Shown: piece by piece, positions 35,746 to 49,792 of the stretch
Layout: each line of letters begins with the position of its first letter
How positions within the stretch are numbered: position 1 is the first letter of the stretch
Assembly (NCBI GenBank): GCA_052327205.1
Contig: CM126209.1
Span: 258,230,001-258,294,000, forward strand
Source of the DNA: Somniosus microcephalus
Taxonomy: Eukaryota
Length of the DNA stretch: 64,000 nucleotides
Reading direction: 5' to 3'
Made by a program: the position numbers and the translations under genes
Notes under the pieces: generated by a model
What the model was told of the DNA's origin: nothing
Databases searched by the model: none
What the model saw: only the letters and a program-made list of their open reading frames with translations

Positions 35746-37049
35746 ACAATTTTAAGGATACCTGTGCTCCCTGGCTCTCATTTGGAGCAACCTGCAAATG
35801 GTTCTCAAGTGTCTTCCCACTTTGGACCTTAGGTGAACTGTTGTGTTATTACCGGTATAGTGCCTTACTTCTTTTTGTAATGTTGAAATTGCATTACATA
35901 TCCTTAGGACCCGAGGTGCTGTATTTATAGAATTTGGAAAAGTATCAACAGGTCTCAATGAATATTTCATTGGGACCTTGTTGTGGTGATTCAGCCAAAC
36001 CTACAATCTCATGTTCTAATTGCCCACTTTGAAATTGGCTGTGCAACCGTTGGATGGTAATTTCAATGTTTGCTCACTAAAATTCACATCCAGGAGAGAA
36101 GATTGGCACTTTGCATTAACACACTAACCTTTTTGCTCTCGTGCATGGGCTTCAATTCCGCTCAGACTAAGTGGCTGACATTATCATCTCTCTTTCTGCG
36201 GTCACTGTCCAGAAATATGTAGGTACAAATCTCCTACCATATCTATAGAGCGCGATGGGGTGTGAGGGAGTGACTGGAGTTGAACGGTGGTCTCCACTGC
36301 AGTCTTTCCAGACACAATGATATATTTTCCATGTGGTTATGCATCTGGACAGAACTCCATTCACTAGTATCGAAATATTACTTTGAAGAGATCTGACGTA
36401 CACACTGATTCCCTGTTGACACTAAAAAGATTCAAAATTAATATTTTAAGATATTTAACAGATCTAAAGGAAGTTTTTCTGCAATTTGTGTGATGTCCAA
36501 CAATACAACACGACCTGATTAATTTAGGATGATCTGAAACGCAGAAACATACTGATATTAATTAGTTGCAACTAACATGCTGACACCATGACAATTAGGG
36601 TGTAACCAACAGTTACAGTACCTGACTATAATTCTTATTCTACTGCCAAGGAAAGGACTTGCACAGTTTCTCGCAAGATAGTTAAATGTAAACGTTTAGA
36701 GAATGTGGGACAATGTCAAACTTCGTATACATTTAAATAAACTCCATTTGGTTTGGAAAGTGCCCACAGTATCATATGGGGCTCCAGCACACTTGTTAAA
36801 CCCGGGTTGACAATGCATTGGAGTTACATAAAATCAAAAAGAAACATAAACACATCCTATGAGATACCATTATATAGCAACGCGACAGGCATGTTGACTA
36901 GCAATAGAAATAGTGCAGGAAACTGAGAATTTTGCCCTTAAGATATTACTTGCATCCTATTCATTTGAATGAGCTGGCTTTTCCTAAATGTATCTGTACA
37001 CCCAAATCAAACCTGTGGGGATCTTCTTCCAATTTTAGAAGCACCTCAC

Positions 37050-39518
37050 CTCATTGCTCACATTGTTGCTGTAATTTTCAGAATTCATCATGCCTGGGTT
37101 TCCTTTCCTGATAGATTCATTCTGGACATAGTTCTTGCCTGTAGATGATCTGCAGGTGTTGGGGGTGATAAAGTCTCTCTTTGTTGACTGCAATGTTGAA
37201 CATGATTCGTAGCGGAAACTCTGAGAAAGTGGATCACCCCCGAATACCTCAACATAGTTTGGTGGTATCTGAAGGTTTCTACTGGCCTTTTGAATTCCAT
37301 TCAGAGAATTTCTGCTTTCAAAGCAGCGACAAATACCTAGGGAAGTGTGCTGTCCCCCCAAACCATTTCTGCTTTTATGAACCTTAACAGCCAGGATAAT
37401 CAAAATCACTAGAAAAATGATAGAAATTATCCCTAAGGCGATGACCAAGGAAAGGCTCATATCAGGATTGAATCCAGGGTCTTCAGGAAAATCACTCACA
37501 TTAGAAAACATTTCAGTATTGCTTCCCACCACAGATAGGATGATAGTCACAGTGGCAGAAAGGGATGGTGTTCCATTGTCTCTTACCACAATCACCAATC
37601 TTTGCTTAGAGGCATCTTTATTCGCAATACGACGGATAGTCCAAATTTCTCCAGTGTCTGGTGAAATAGTAAAAAGGTTATGATGGGTGGCCTGAAATAT
37701 CTGATAAGAAAGACGAGCATTCTGACCGGCGTCAGCATCAGTGGCCGATACCTTGGCAACCAAGTAGCCTGGTTCTGCAAGCCTGGATATTGTTTCTGTT
37801 GCTGTCGACCCATACTCGGGTAATGGGTGCACGATCACTGGAACATTGTCATTCTGATCAAGGATAACAACATCGACTGAAACGTGGCTGGCGAGTGTTG
37901 GGACTCCAGAATCCTGGACCTGAACTTGGATCTGAAAGTTTTTCAATTGCTCGTAGTCAAAAGATCTCTGAGCAAATATGACGCCACTCTCTGAGTTTAT
38001 GGCGACATAACTGGCTGCCGAGGCGCCCTGAACTTGAGTCTCCAGGATAGAGTAGTTCAGTCGAGCGTTCTGTCCTACATCTGGATCGAAGGCTGTCACT
38101 GAGAATATGGAAGTCCCAATGACGTTGTTCTCCATCACGTTTGCCGTGTATAAATGCTGCGTAAACCTTGGTGCGTTGTCATTGATATCCGAAACCTCTA
38201 CCCGAATGGTTTTCTTGGATGTGAGAGGAGGGTTTCCCGCATCCCGGCATGTTATAGTAACGTCATACCTGGAGGTATGTTCGCGGTCCAGTAGATGCTG
38301 AATCAGCAGTCTATAATAGTTCTTCAGAGATGAATCTAATTTAAAGGGCAGTATATTTGAAATTTGACATTGTATCTGCCCGTTTTGTCCCGAATCTTTG
38401 TCTGCTGCACTGAACAGAGCCACTACAGTCCCAGTTGCAGCATCTTCTGACACTGTACTTGCCAAAGACGTCAACGTCACCTCAGGTGCATTATCATTCA
38501 CGTCAATAATGTTCAGCAACACATCACAGTGCCCAGACATTGCGTCAGAACCCTTGTCCATTGCTTGTATGTTAATCTCAAAAATATTGCTTTCTTCATA
38601 GTCCAAATTCCCTTTCACTCTGATTTCGCCAGTTTTGGAATCTACGCCAAACAGTTCATGGGCTATAGCGGCAGTATGGCCACTGAGCGAGTACATTATC
38701 TCCCCATTGGAACCATCGTCCAAGTCAGTGGCGTTTAATGTGATTATCAGGGTTCCCGTGGGTGCAGTTTCCAACAGGCTGACCCTATAAACCGACTGGG
38801 GAAAAACCGGCGCGTTGTCGTTAGCATCCTTTACTATGATTGTAACCTGAACAGTGCCCGATCTTACAGGGACCCCGCCGTCCTTGGCTATTAGCGTTAA
38901 CCTGTGGGTGGATTCCGTTTCTCTATCCAAGGACCTCTGCAACACTAACACTGGCAACTTTCTTTCCCCGCTGTGAATTTGTACATCGAGAATAAAATAA
39001 TCGTTCGGGAGGAGCTGGTAGGTTTGTACTGAGTTGTTTCCAATGTCCGGATCGTGCGCGGACTCGAGGGGGAAGCGCGCTCCCGGCGCAGCAAGCTCGG
39101 AGATTTCAAGGCGGATCTCGTCCTTTGGAAAACTGGGAGCATTGTCATTTACATCGAGAATCTCCACTTCAACCTGATACAGATTGAGGGGATTTTCAAG
39201 CACAACATCCAAGGTTAACACACAAGCGAGGCTCGGCCCGCAAATCTGTTCTCTGTCAATTTTATCCTTGACAAATAAATTTCCATTGTCTAAATTTACC
39301 TCCAAATACTGTTCGCTGGGCCCGGCGACAACCCGCAAACTGCGAGCCGAGAGCTGCCTCACATCTAAACCCAAATCGGCGGCGATATTCCCAACAAAGG
39401 CGCCCAGTTGCAATTCTTCAGGAATCGAATAATGAATCCTCCCAGAAACGAGATCCCACGAGGAGAACACACAGAACAATAGTTGGCATTTCAGCAACCA
39501 ATATATTTTAAATCTCAT
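37050..39518 (-). CDS. Clustered protocadherin variable exon V7 (823 codons)
   Basis: ORF 37035..39539, ATG 39518, donor GAG|GTGAGG at 37050/37049. Confidence 0.95.
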
Positions 39519-39716
39519 TTCCAGCGTAAAACATCCCAATTGTTTCAGTATGTGTCTGCACCACTAATTATGCTTTTTACAGTAATTTGACATTTTTTAA
39601 CTCGACGTACTACGATGTAACAAATACCTGCACATTTTGCGAATCGCTCGGCTTTGGTTCATTTAAATCTTCCCATTTTGTCTCAAATTGTCACTGGATG
39701 CTTGCACAAATCGTTC

Positions 39717-39926
39717 GGAGCTGCTCGCTATCCAATCTTACACTGCGTCTGATCTTACGTGTTGGTGGCTGGGCAGTGAAGGGGGCAGGCCGGATCGCCA
39801 GTCACATCTCAGCTTCTGATTGGTTGAATTTCAATGTGCCTCTGTTCACCAATCAGAATACCGTTCATTTCTTAAAGCTGGAAGGTTTCAAACCAGCGCA
39901 GATATTTATATTTTTTGTTGCACAAT
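39717..39926 (-). promoter_or_regulatory. V7 promoter module, with the inter-CCAAT segment inverted
   Basis: As V6, but 39825-39847 is the reverse complement of the corresponding segment in V6, V8, V9 and V10. Confidence 0.75.
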
Positions 39927-40160
39927 GAAAAATTGAATTAAGCCTTTCCTTCAGTCTGTAGGTTTCTGTCTTTTGCGAAAAGTTAGCTCTAGAACTGAAT
40001 TGCAACGAATATCTTAATGGTCAGCTATGAGGGATCTGCATACAAGAAATAAATGCACAAGAACGGATGGAGCCAGCATAACACTTTGGGCCCATCAATA
40101 CAACTCCTTTTATAATCCATTTATGATTATTCCTTCAAGGTATTCCAACTCCAAACAGCT

Positions 40161-43125
40161 ATTTCCAGTGGTGTACCGCAGGAATCGGTGCTGGGTCCTT
40201 TGCTGTTTGTAGTGTACATTAATGATTTAGATATGAATGTAGGAGGTGTGATCAGTAAGTTCGCAGATGACACGAAAATTGGTGGAGTGGTAAATAGCGA
40301 GGAGGGAAGCCTCAGGCTACAGGACGATATAGACAGGTTGGTCAGATGTACAGAACAGTGGCAAATGGAATTTAACCCTGAAAAGTGTGAGGTGATGCAT
40401 TTTGGGGGACTAACAAGGCAGGGGAATACGCAATGTATGGTAGGACTCTAGGAAGGTCAGAGGATCAGAGGGAACTTGGTGTGCATGTACATAGACCCCT
40501 GAAGGCAGCAGGACAGGTAGATGATGTGGTTAAAACGGCATATGGGATACTTGCCTTCATTAGCCGAGGCATAGAATATAAGAGCAGGGAGGTTATGATG
40601 GAGCTGTACAAAATGCTAGTTAGGCCATAGCTGGAATACTGTGTGTAGTTCTGGTCGCCACACTATAGGAAGGATGTGATTGCTTTGGAGAGGGCGCAGA
40701 GGAGATTCACCATGATGTTACCTGGGCTGGAGTGCTTCAGCTATGAAGAGAGACTGGACAAGCTGGGGTTGTTTTCCTTAGAGCAGAGAAGGCTGAGGGG
40801 GGACCTGATTGAGGTGTACACAATTATGAGGGGCGTAGATAGGGTAGATAGAAAGGAACTTTTCCCCTTAGTAGAGGGGTCAATAACCAGGGGGCATAGT
40901 TTCAAGGTAAGGGGCAGGAGGTTTAGAGGGGATTTGAGGAAAAAAAAATTCATCCAGAGGGTGGTTGGAATCTGGATATCACTGCCTGAAAGGGTGGTAG
41001 AGGGAGGAACCCTAACAACATTCATAGAGTCATAGAGTCATAGAGTTTTACAGCACAGAAAGAGGCCCTTCGGCCCATCGTGTCTGCGCCGCCCATCCAT
41101 CCCTGTCCAGTCTAATCCCATTTTCCAGCATTTGGTCCATAGCCTTGTATGCAATGGCATTTCAAGTGCTCATCCAAATGCTTCTTGAATGTTGTGAGGG
41201 TTCCTGCCTCTACCACCCTTTCAGGCAGTGAGTTCCAGATTCCAACCACCCTCTGGGTGAAAAGGTTCCTCCTCAAATCCCCTCTAAATCTCCTGCCCCT
41301 TACCCTGAATCTATGCCCCCTTGTTATTGACCCCCCTACTAAGGGGAAAAGTTCCTCTTTGTCTACCCTATCTATGCCCCTCATCATTTTGTACACCTCA
41401 ATCAGGTCCCCCCTCAGCCTTCTTTGCTCCAAGGAAAACAACCCCAGCCTGTGTAGTCTTTCTTCATAGCTGAGGCGCTCCATTCCAGGTAACATCCTGG
41501 TGAATCTTCTCTGCACCCTCTCCAAAGCAATCACATCCTTCCTATAGTGAGGTGACCAGAACTGCACACAGTACTCCAGCTGTGGCCTCACCAGCGTTTT
41601 GTACAGCTCCATCATAACCTCCCTGCTCTTATATTCTATGCCTCGGCTAATGAAGGCAAGTATCCCATATGCCTTTTTAACCACCTTATCTACCTGTTCC
41701 GCTGCCTTCAGGGATCTATGTACATGTACACCAAGGTCCCTCTGACCCTCTGTACTTCCTAGGGTCCTACCACTCATTGTGTATTCCCTTGCCTTATTTG
41801 TCCATCCAAAATGCATCACCTCGCACTTTTCAGGGTTAAATTCCATTTGCCACTTTTCCGCCCATCTGACCAACCCGTTTATATCGTCCTGTAGCCTGAG
41901 GCTTTCCTCCTCGCAATTTACCACCCCACCAATTTTCGTGTCATCTGCGAACTTGCTGATCATACCTTTTACATTCTCATCCAAATCATTTATGTAGATC
42001 ACAAACAACAAGGGACCCAGCACCGATCCCTGAGGTACCCCACTGGACACAGGCTTCCAGTCACAAAAGCAACCTTCGACCATCACCCTCTGCCTCCTGC
42101 CACTCAGCCAGTTTAGGATCCAACGCGCCAAGGCACCCTGGATCCCATGGGCTCTTACCTTCTTGACCAGTCTCCTATGCGGGACTTTGTCAAAAGCTTT
42201 ACTGAAGTCCATGTAAACCACATCCACAGCATTTCCCTCATCCACCCCCCTAGTCACCCCCTCGAAAAATTCAATCAGATTTGTCAGACATGATTTACCC
42301 TTGACAAAGCCATGCTGACTATCCCCGATTAATCCTTGCCTCTCCAAGTGGAGACTAATTTTGTCCCTCAGAATTTTTTCCAATAATTTCCCTACCACAG
42401 ATGTTAGGCTCACTGGCCTGTAGTTCCCTGGTTTATCCCTGCTACCCTTCTTGTGTAATGGTACTACATTAGCTGTTCTCCAGTCCTCTGGTACATCCCC
42501 TGTGGCCAGAGAGGTTCTGAAAATTTGTGTCAGTGCCCCTGCAATCTCCTCCTTTGCCTCCCACAGCAGCCTGGGATACATCTCGTCCGGGCCTGGGGAT
42601 TTATCCACTTTTTGGCCTGCTAAAACCGCTAGCACCTCCTCCCTCTCGATGCTAATATGTTCAAGTATGTCACAGTCCCCTTGCCCGATTTCTATGTCCG
42701 CATCGTCTTTCTCCATAGTGAACACAGATGCAAAAAATTCATTTAAAACCCCGCCTACATCATCTGGCTCTACACACAGATTGCCACTTTGGTCCCTAAT
42801 GGGCCCTACCCTTTCCCTGGTTATCCTCTTGCCCTTAATATACTTATAAAACATCTTAGGATTTTCCTTTATTTTGCTCGCCAGTGTTATTTCATGGCCC
42901 CTCCTCGCCCTCCTAATTTCTTTTTTAAGTATGCCCCTGCACTTTTTATACTCCTCTAGGGCTTCTTCCGTCTTTAGTTGAGCACTTGAAACGCCATAGC
43001 ATACAAGGCTATGGACCAAGTGCTGGAACATGGGATTAGAATTGGAAGGGCTTGATGGCCGGCATGGACACGATGGGCCGAAGGGCCTCTTTCTGTGCTG
43101 TATAACTTTATGACTCTATGACTCT
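40161..43125 (+). mobile_element. CR1 LINE 3' fragment (paralog of 33567-34580), split by a younger antiparallel CR1
   Basis: Flanked by AGCT at 40157-40160 and 43126-43129. The host sequence stops at about 41024 and resumes at about 42978. Confidence 0.88.
41025..42977 (-). mobile_element. Young CR1 LINE, 5'-truncated, with an uninterrupted RT reading frame of about 620 aa
   Basis: ORF 41112..43031, whose first ~18 aa come from the host: KSPGPD, NYRPVSLTS, QHGF, DFSKAFD, GVPQGSVLGP, FADD. Tail (CTCTATGA)n at about 41025-41046. Confidence 0.93.
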
Positions 43126-45525
43126 AGCTGTTGATTCCTAATTAAGGAAGACTCAACTTTATCCGCATCCTCCCATAAAGATCAATTGGCACTATTCAGA
43201 TTTCTATAATGCTCCTCCTCTCTTCCAAATGGAAGCCAACCGTCTTATTAAGCTGTTATAGCACATAGAATAAAATGCATTCTCTGCGCCACACGATCTA
43301 TAACCTGTTAAAAAGGCATTTTCTAATCTCTAACAGTGCTTGGTCATTGCGAATTTTATGCTTAACTCCCCTATTTTTACACTCAGGTCCAAGTTAAGCA
43401 GTTTGTTATCTTCAGTTTTATATATAGCTGTCAATATGTTAAAGGCTTGCATGCGTAAACCCCCTATCTTCTTTTCTAAAGTGCAAAGAAATACAGTTAT
43501 CTAAGCCGTTAGTCAACACTTAATGCCAACGGCCTAAGATCATCCTGGTCAGCCTTCAAACTCTTTCTAATGCAGGTATGATATTTTTGACCAACACTGC
43601 AGGCCATACTCCGGAATTGGCCGTAAACTTATTTGTGCAAATTCAGCAGAAGTTGTCAGGACTTAAAAACCAGTACTTTTCTGTTAATGCTCCATTCTCA
43701 ATTTGTCATATTACAACCTCTTTTCCATTGACTAGAAGCATTCAGGGTGTAATCCACGATCACTCCCATATCTTTTAAAAACTTTTTCAGCCTATGCCGG
43801 TGGAGATTTTTTTATTGTACACATGCTTGCTGATATTTGATGATATATAGATGATATTACTTTTATCCACATTAAAGACATATTTCCATTTACTTCATTG
43901 GCAAATGTCATTCTGCAAATAATCATGTTTCTTCCACCTCATTACCTGCATATACACATCTTTGTGTCACCAGGAAAAGTAATAACACGACTACACCATG
44001 CCCATATGATTTACAAACATTGTTAAAGGTAGAGATCCAAGAAAGGATCCTTGAAGAATATGCCAGGAAATAGTAACCACCGACTTCTGTCTTCTGCCAC
44101 TAAGTCAATTCTCATTCCATCTAGATAATATGCAATCTGTTCCATGAGCCTTAAACTCATCTACCAGTCTAATGTTTGGACTGTTGTCACTTGCCCATTG
44201 TAAGTCTAAGTAAACTACATCTATTGATATAATCTAGCTTAGTTATCTCTCAAAGAATTCCATTATAGTGGTAAGTTGCAACCTTTCATTTCTAAAACAA
44301 TTTTAAGGATACTTGTGCTCACTGCCTCTCAGTTGGAGCATCCTGCAAATGGTTCTCAAGTGTCTTCCCACTTTGGACGTTAGGTGAACTGTTGTGTTAT
44401 TACCAGTATAGTGCCTTACTTCTTTTTCTAATGTTGAAATTGCATTACATATCCTTAGGTCCCTAGGTGCTGTATTTATAGAATTCGGAAAAGTATCAAC
44501 AGGTCTCAATGAATATTTCATTGGGACCTTGTTATGGTGATTCAGCCAAACCTACAATCTCATGTTCTAATTACCCACTTTGAATTTAACTGTGCAACCG
44601 TTGGATGGTAGTTTCAATGTTTGCTCACTAAAATACAAATCCAGGAGAGAAGATTGGCACATTGCATTAACACACTAACCTGTCACTGTCCAGAAATATA
44701 TAGGTACAAATCTCCTACCATATCTATAGAGCGCGATGGGGTGTGAGGGAGTGACTGGAGTTGAACGGTGGTCTCCCCTGCCATCTTTCCAGACACAGGG
44801 ATATATTTTCCATGTGGTTATGCATCTGGACAGAGCTCCATTCACTGGTATCGAAATATTACTTAGAAGAGATCTGACGTACACACTGATTCCCTGTAGA
44901 CACTAAAAAGATTCAAAATTAATATTTTAAAGATATTTAACAGATCTAAAGGAAGTTTTTCTGCAATTTGTGTGATGCTCAACAATACAACACGACCTGA
45001 TTAATTTAGGATGATCTGAAACTCAGAAACGTACTGATATTAATTAGTTGCAACTAACACGCTGACACCATGACAATTAGGATGTAACCAACAGTTACAG
45101 TACCTGACTATAACTCTTGTCCTACTGCCAAGGAAAGGACTTGCACAATTTCTCGCAAGATAGTTCAATGCAAACGTTTAGAGAATGTGGGACAATGTCA
45201 AACTTCGTATACGTTTAAATAAACTCCATTTGGTTTGGAAAGTGCCAACAGTATCATATGGGGCTCCAGCACACTTGTTAAACCCGGGTTGACAATGCAT
45301 TGGAGTTGCATAAAATCAAAAAGAAAGATAAACACATCCTAGGAGATACCATTATATAGAAACGCGACAGGCATGTTGAATAGAAATAGTGCAGGAAACT
45401 GAGAATTTTGCCCTTAAGATATTACTTGCATCCTATTCATTTGAATGAGCTGGCTTTTCCTAAATGTATCTGTACACCCAAATCAAACCTGTGGGGATCT
45501 TCTTCCAATTTTACAAGCACCTCAC

Positions 45526-47994
45526 CTCATTGCTCACAGTATTGCTGTAATTTTCAGAATTCATCATGCCTGGGTTTTCTTTCCCGATTGAGTTATTCTG
45601 GACATAGTTCTTGCCTCTAGATGATCTGCAGGCGTTGGAGGTGACAAAGTCTCTCTTTGTTGACTGCAATGTTGAACATGATTCGTAGCGGAAACTCTGA
45701 GAAAGTGGATCACCCCCGAATACCTCAACATAGTTTGGTGGTATCTGAAGGTTTCTACTGGCCTTTTGAATTCCATTCAGAGAATTTCTGCTTTCAAAGC
45801 AGCGACAAATACCCAGGGAACAGTGCTGTCCCCCCAAACCATTTCTGCTTTTATGAACCTTAACAGCCAGGATAATCAAAATCACTAGAAAAATGATAGA
45901 AATGATCCCTAAGGCGATGACCAAGGAAAGGCTCAAATCAGGATTGAATCCAGGGTCTTCAGGTAAAGCACTCACATTAGAAAACATTTCAGTAGCGCTT
46001 CCCACCACAGATAGGATGATAGTCACAGTGGCAGAAAGGGATGGTGTTCCATTGTCTCTTACCACAATCACTAATCTTTGCTTAGAGGCATCTTTATTCG
46101 CAATACGACGGATAGTCCAAATTTCTCCAGTGTCTGGTGAAATAGTAAAAAGGTTATGATGGGTGGCTTGAAAAATCTGATAAGAAAGACGAGCATTCTG
46201 ACCGGCGTCAGCATCAGTGGCCGATACCTTGGCAACCAAGTAGCCTGGTTCTGCAAGCCTGGATATTGTCTCTGTTGCTGTCGACCCATACTCGGGTAAT
46301 GGGTGCACGATCACTGGAACATTGTCATTCTGATCAAGGATAATAACATCGACTGAAACGTTACTGTCGAGTTGTGGGACTCCAGAATCCTGGACCTGAA
46401 CTTGGATCTGAAAGTTTTTCAATTGCTCGTAGTCAAAAGATCTCTGAGCATATATGACGCCACTCTCTGAGTTTATGGCGACATAACTGGCTGCTGAGGC
46501 GCCCTGAACTTGAGTCTCCAGGATAGAGTAGTTCAGTCGAGCGTTCTGTCCTACATCTGGATCGAAGGCTGTCACTGAGAATATGGAAGTCCCAATGACG
46601 TTGTTCTCCATCACGTTTGCCGTGTATAAATGCTGCGTAAACCTTGGTGCGTTGTCATTGATATCCGAAACCTCTACCCGAATGGTTTTCTTGGAAGTGA
46701 GAGGAGGGTTTCCCGCATCCCGGCATGTTATAATAACGTCATACCTTGAGGCATGTTCGCGGTCCAGTAGATGCTGAATCAACAGTCTATAATAGTTCTT
46801 CATAGAGGAATCTAATTTAAATAGCTGTTTATTTGATATTTGACATTGTACCTGCCCGTTTTGTCCCGAATCTTTGTCTGCTGCACTGAACAGAGCCACT
46901 ACAGTCCCAAGCGGAGCATCTTCTGAAACTATACTTGACAAAGACCTCAACATCACCACAGGTGCGTTATCATTCACGTCAACAATGTCCACCAAAACAT
47001 CACAGTGCCCAGACATTGCGTTCAAACCCTTGTCAATTGCTTGTATGTTAATCTCAAAAATATTGCTGTCTTCATAGTCCAAATTCCCTTTTACTCTGAT
47101 TTCTCCAGTTATAGAATCTACATCAACTATTTCACGGGCTCTAGCAGAACTATAGCTAGTGAGCGAGTACTTTAACTCCGCATTGGGACCATCGTCCAAG
47201 TCAGTGGCGTTTACCGTGATTATCAGGGTTCCTGTGGGTGCAGTTTCCAACAGGCTGACCCTATAAACCGACTGTGGGAAAACAGGCGCGTTGTCATTTT
47301 CATCCTTTACTATGATTGTAACCTGAACAGTGCCCGATCTTACAGGGACCCCGCCGTCCTTGGCTATTAGCGTTAACCTGTGGGTAGATTCCGTTTCTCT
47401 ATCCAAGGAACTCTGCAACACCAACACTGGCAACTTTCCTTTCCCACTGCGCATTTGCACATCGAGAATAAAATAATCGTTCGGGAGGAGCTGGTAGGTT
47501 TGCACTGAGTTGGTTCCAATGTCCGGATCGTGCGCGGACTCGAGGGGGAAGCGCGTTCCCGGCGCAGCAAGCTCGGAGATTTCAAGGCGGAACTCGTCCT
47601 TTGGAAAACTGGGAGCATTGTCATTTACATCGAGAATCTCCACTTCGACCTGGTACAGGTTGAGGGGATTTTCAAGCACAGCATCCAAGGTTAACACACA
47701 TGTGAGGCTCGGCCCGCAAATCCCTTCTCTGTCAATTTTATCCTTGATAAACAAAATTCCATTGTCTAAATTTACGTCCACATACTGTTCGCTGGGCCCG
47801 GCCACAATCCGCAAACTGCGAGCCGAGAGCTGCTTCACATCTAAACCCAAATCGGCGGCGATATTCCCAACAAAGGCGCCCAGTTGCAGTTCTTCAGGAA
47901 TCGAATAATGAATCTTCCCAGAAACGAGATCCCACGAGGAGAACACACAGAACAACAGTTGGCATTTCAGCAACCAATATATTTTAAATCTCAT
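45526..47994 (-). CDS. Clustered protocadherin variable exon V8 (823 codons)
   Basis: ORF 45511..48015, ATG 47994, donor GAG|GTGAGG at 45526/45525. Confidence 0.95.
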
Positions 47995-48192
47995 TTCCAG
48001 CTTGAAACATCCCAATTGCTTGAGTACGTTTCTGCACCATTAATTATGCTTTTTACAGTGATTTGAATTTTTTTTAACTCGACGTACTACGTTGTAACAA
48101 ATACCTGCACATTTTGCGAGTCGCTCGGCTTATTTCATTTAAATCTTCCCATTTTGTCTAAAATTGCCAGTGCATTCTTACACAAATCCTTC

Positions 48193-48403
48193 GGAGCTGC
48201 TCGCTATCCAATGTTACACTGCGTCTGATCTTACGTGTTGGTGGCTGGGTAGTGAAGGGGGCAGGCCGGATCGCCAGTCACATCTCAGCTTCTGATTGGT
48301 GAACAGAGGCACATTGAAATTCAACCAATCAGAATACCGTTCATTTCTTAAAGCTGGAAGGTCTCAGACCAGCGCAGAATATTTATATTTATTGTTGCAC
48401 AAT
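48193..48403 (-). promoter_or_regulatory. V8 promoter module
   Basis: CSE-like block at 48193-48225; inverted repeat arms at 48290-48300 and 48324-48334. Confidence 0.75.
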
Positions 48404-49064
48404 GAAAAATTGAATGAAGCTTTTCCTTCAGTCTGTGTATTTCTGTCTGTTGCGAAAAGTTAGATCTTAGAACTGAATTACAATGAATATCTTAATGGTC
48501 AGCTATGAGGAATCTGCATACAATAAATAAAAACTTAAGAACGGAAGGAGCCAGCATAACACTTTGGGACATCAACACAATTCCATTTATGATCCATGTA
48601 TGATTATTCCTTCATGGTTTTCCAACTCCAAACAGCTGCTGATTCCTACTGAAGGAAGACTAAATTTTATCCGCATCCTCCCATAAAGATCAATCGACAC
48701 TATTCAGATTACTATAATGCTCCCCCTCTCTTTTAAACGGAAGCTAGCCGTCGTATTATGATGTTATGTCACCTAGAATAAACTGTATTCTCTGCGCCAC
48801 ACGGTCACTAACCTGAGAAAAGGGCATTTTCTAATCTCTAAGGATGCTTGGTCATTGCGAATTTTATGCTTATCTCCCCTATTCTTACACTCAGGTCTAA
48901 TTAAGCAGTTTCAGTTTTATAAATAGCTTTCAATATTTTAAAGGCTTACATGCGTAAACCCCTCGATCATCTTTACTAAAGTGCAAAGATATGCAGTTAT
49001 CTAAGCTGTCAGTCAAAACTTAATGCCAAAGGCATAAGGTCATCTTGGTCACCCTTCAAACTCT

Positions 49065-49607
49065 TTTTGGTCACCTTATCTGAGGAAAGATGTTCTTGCC
49101 ATGGAGGGAGTGCAGCGAAGATTCACCAGACTGATACCTGGGATGGCAGGAATGATGTATGAGGAGAGATTGGGTCGATTAGGCTTATATTTGCTAGAGT
49201 TTAGAAGAATGAGAGGGGATCTCATTGAAACTTATAAAATTCTAACAGGACTGGACAGACTAGATGCAGGAAGGATGTTCCCGTTGGGGGAGCCCAGAAC
49301 CAGGGGTCACAGTCTAAGGATAAGGGGTAAACAATTTAGGACAGAGATGAGGAGGAATTTCTTCACCCAGAGAATGGTGAACCTGTGGAATTCACTACCA
49401 CACAAGGCAGTTGAGGCCAATTCATTAAATATATTCAAGAAAGAGTTAGATATATTTCTTAAGGCTAAAGCGAGCAAGGGATATGGGGAGAAAGCAGAGA
49501 GAGGGTACTGAATTTGGATGATCAGCCATGATCTCATTAAATGGCAGAACAGGCTCGAGGGGTCGAATGGCCTACTCCTGCTCCTATCTTCTATGTTTCT
49601 ATGTTTC
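49065..49607 (+). mobile_element. CR1 LINE 3' fragment
   Basis: ORF 49101..49511 (EGVQRRFTRLIPG...). Tail CTATGTTTCTATGTTTCT. Inserted into CAAACTCTTTCTAATGC, which is intact in the other spacers. Confidence 0.9.
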
Positions 49608-49792
49608 TTTCTAATGCAGGTACAATATTTTTGACGAACACTGCAGGCCATACTCCGGAATTGGCCGTAAAGTTATTTGTACAATTTCAGCATAATTTGT
49701 CATGTCTTGAAAACCAGTGCTTTTCAGTTAATGTTCCATTCTCAATTTGTCATGTTACAACCTTTTTCCCATTGACAAGACGCATTCAGGGT

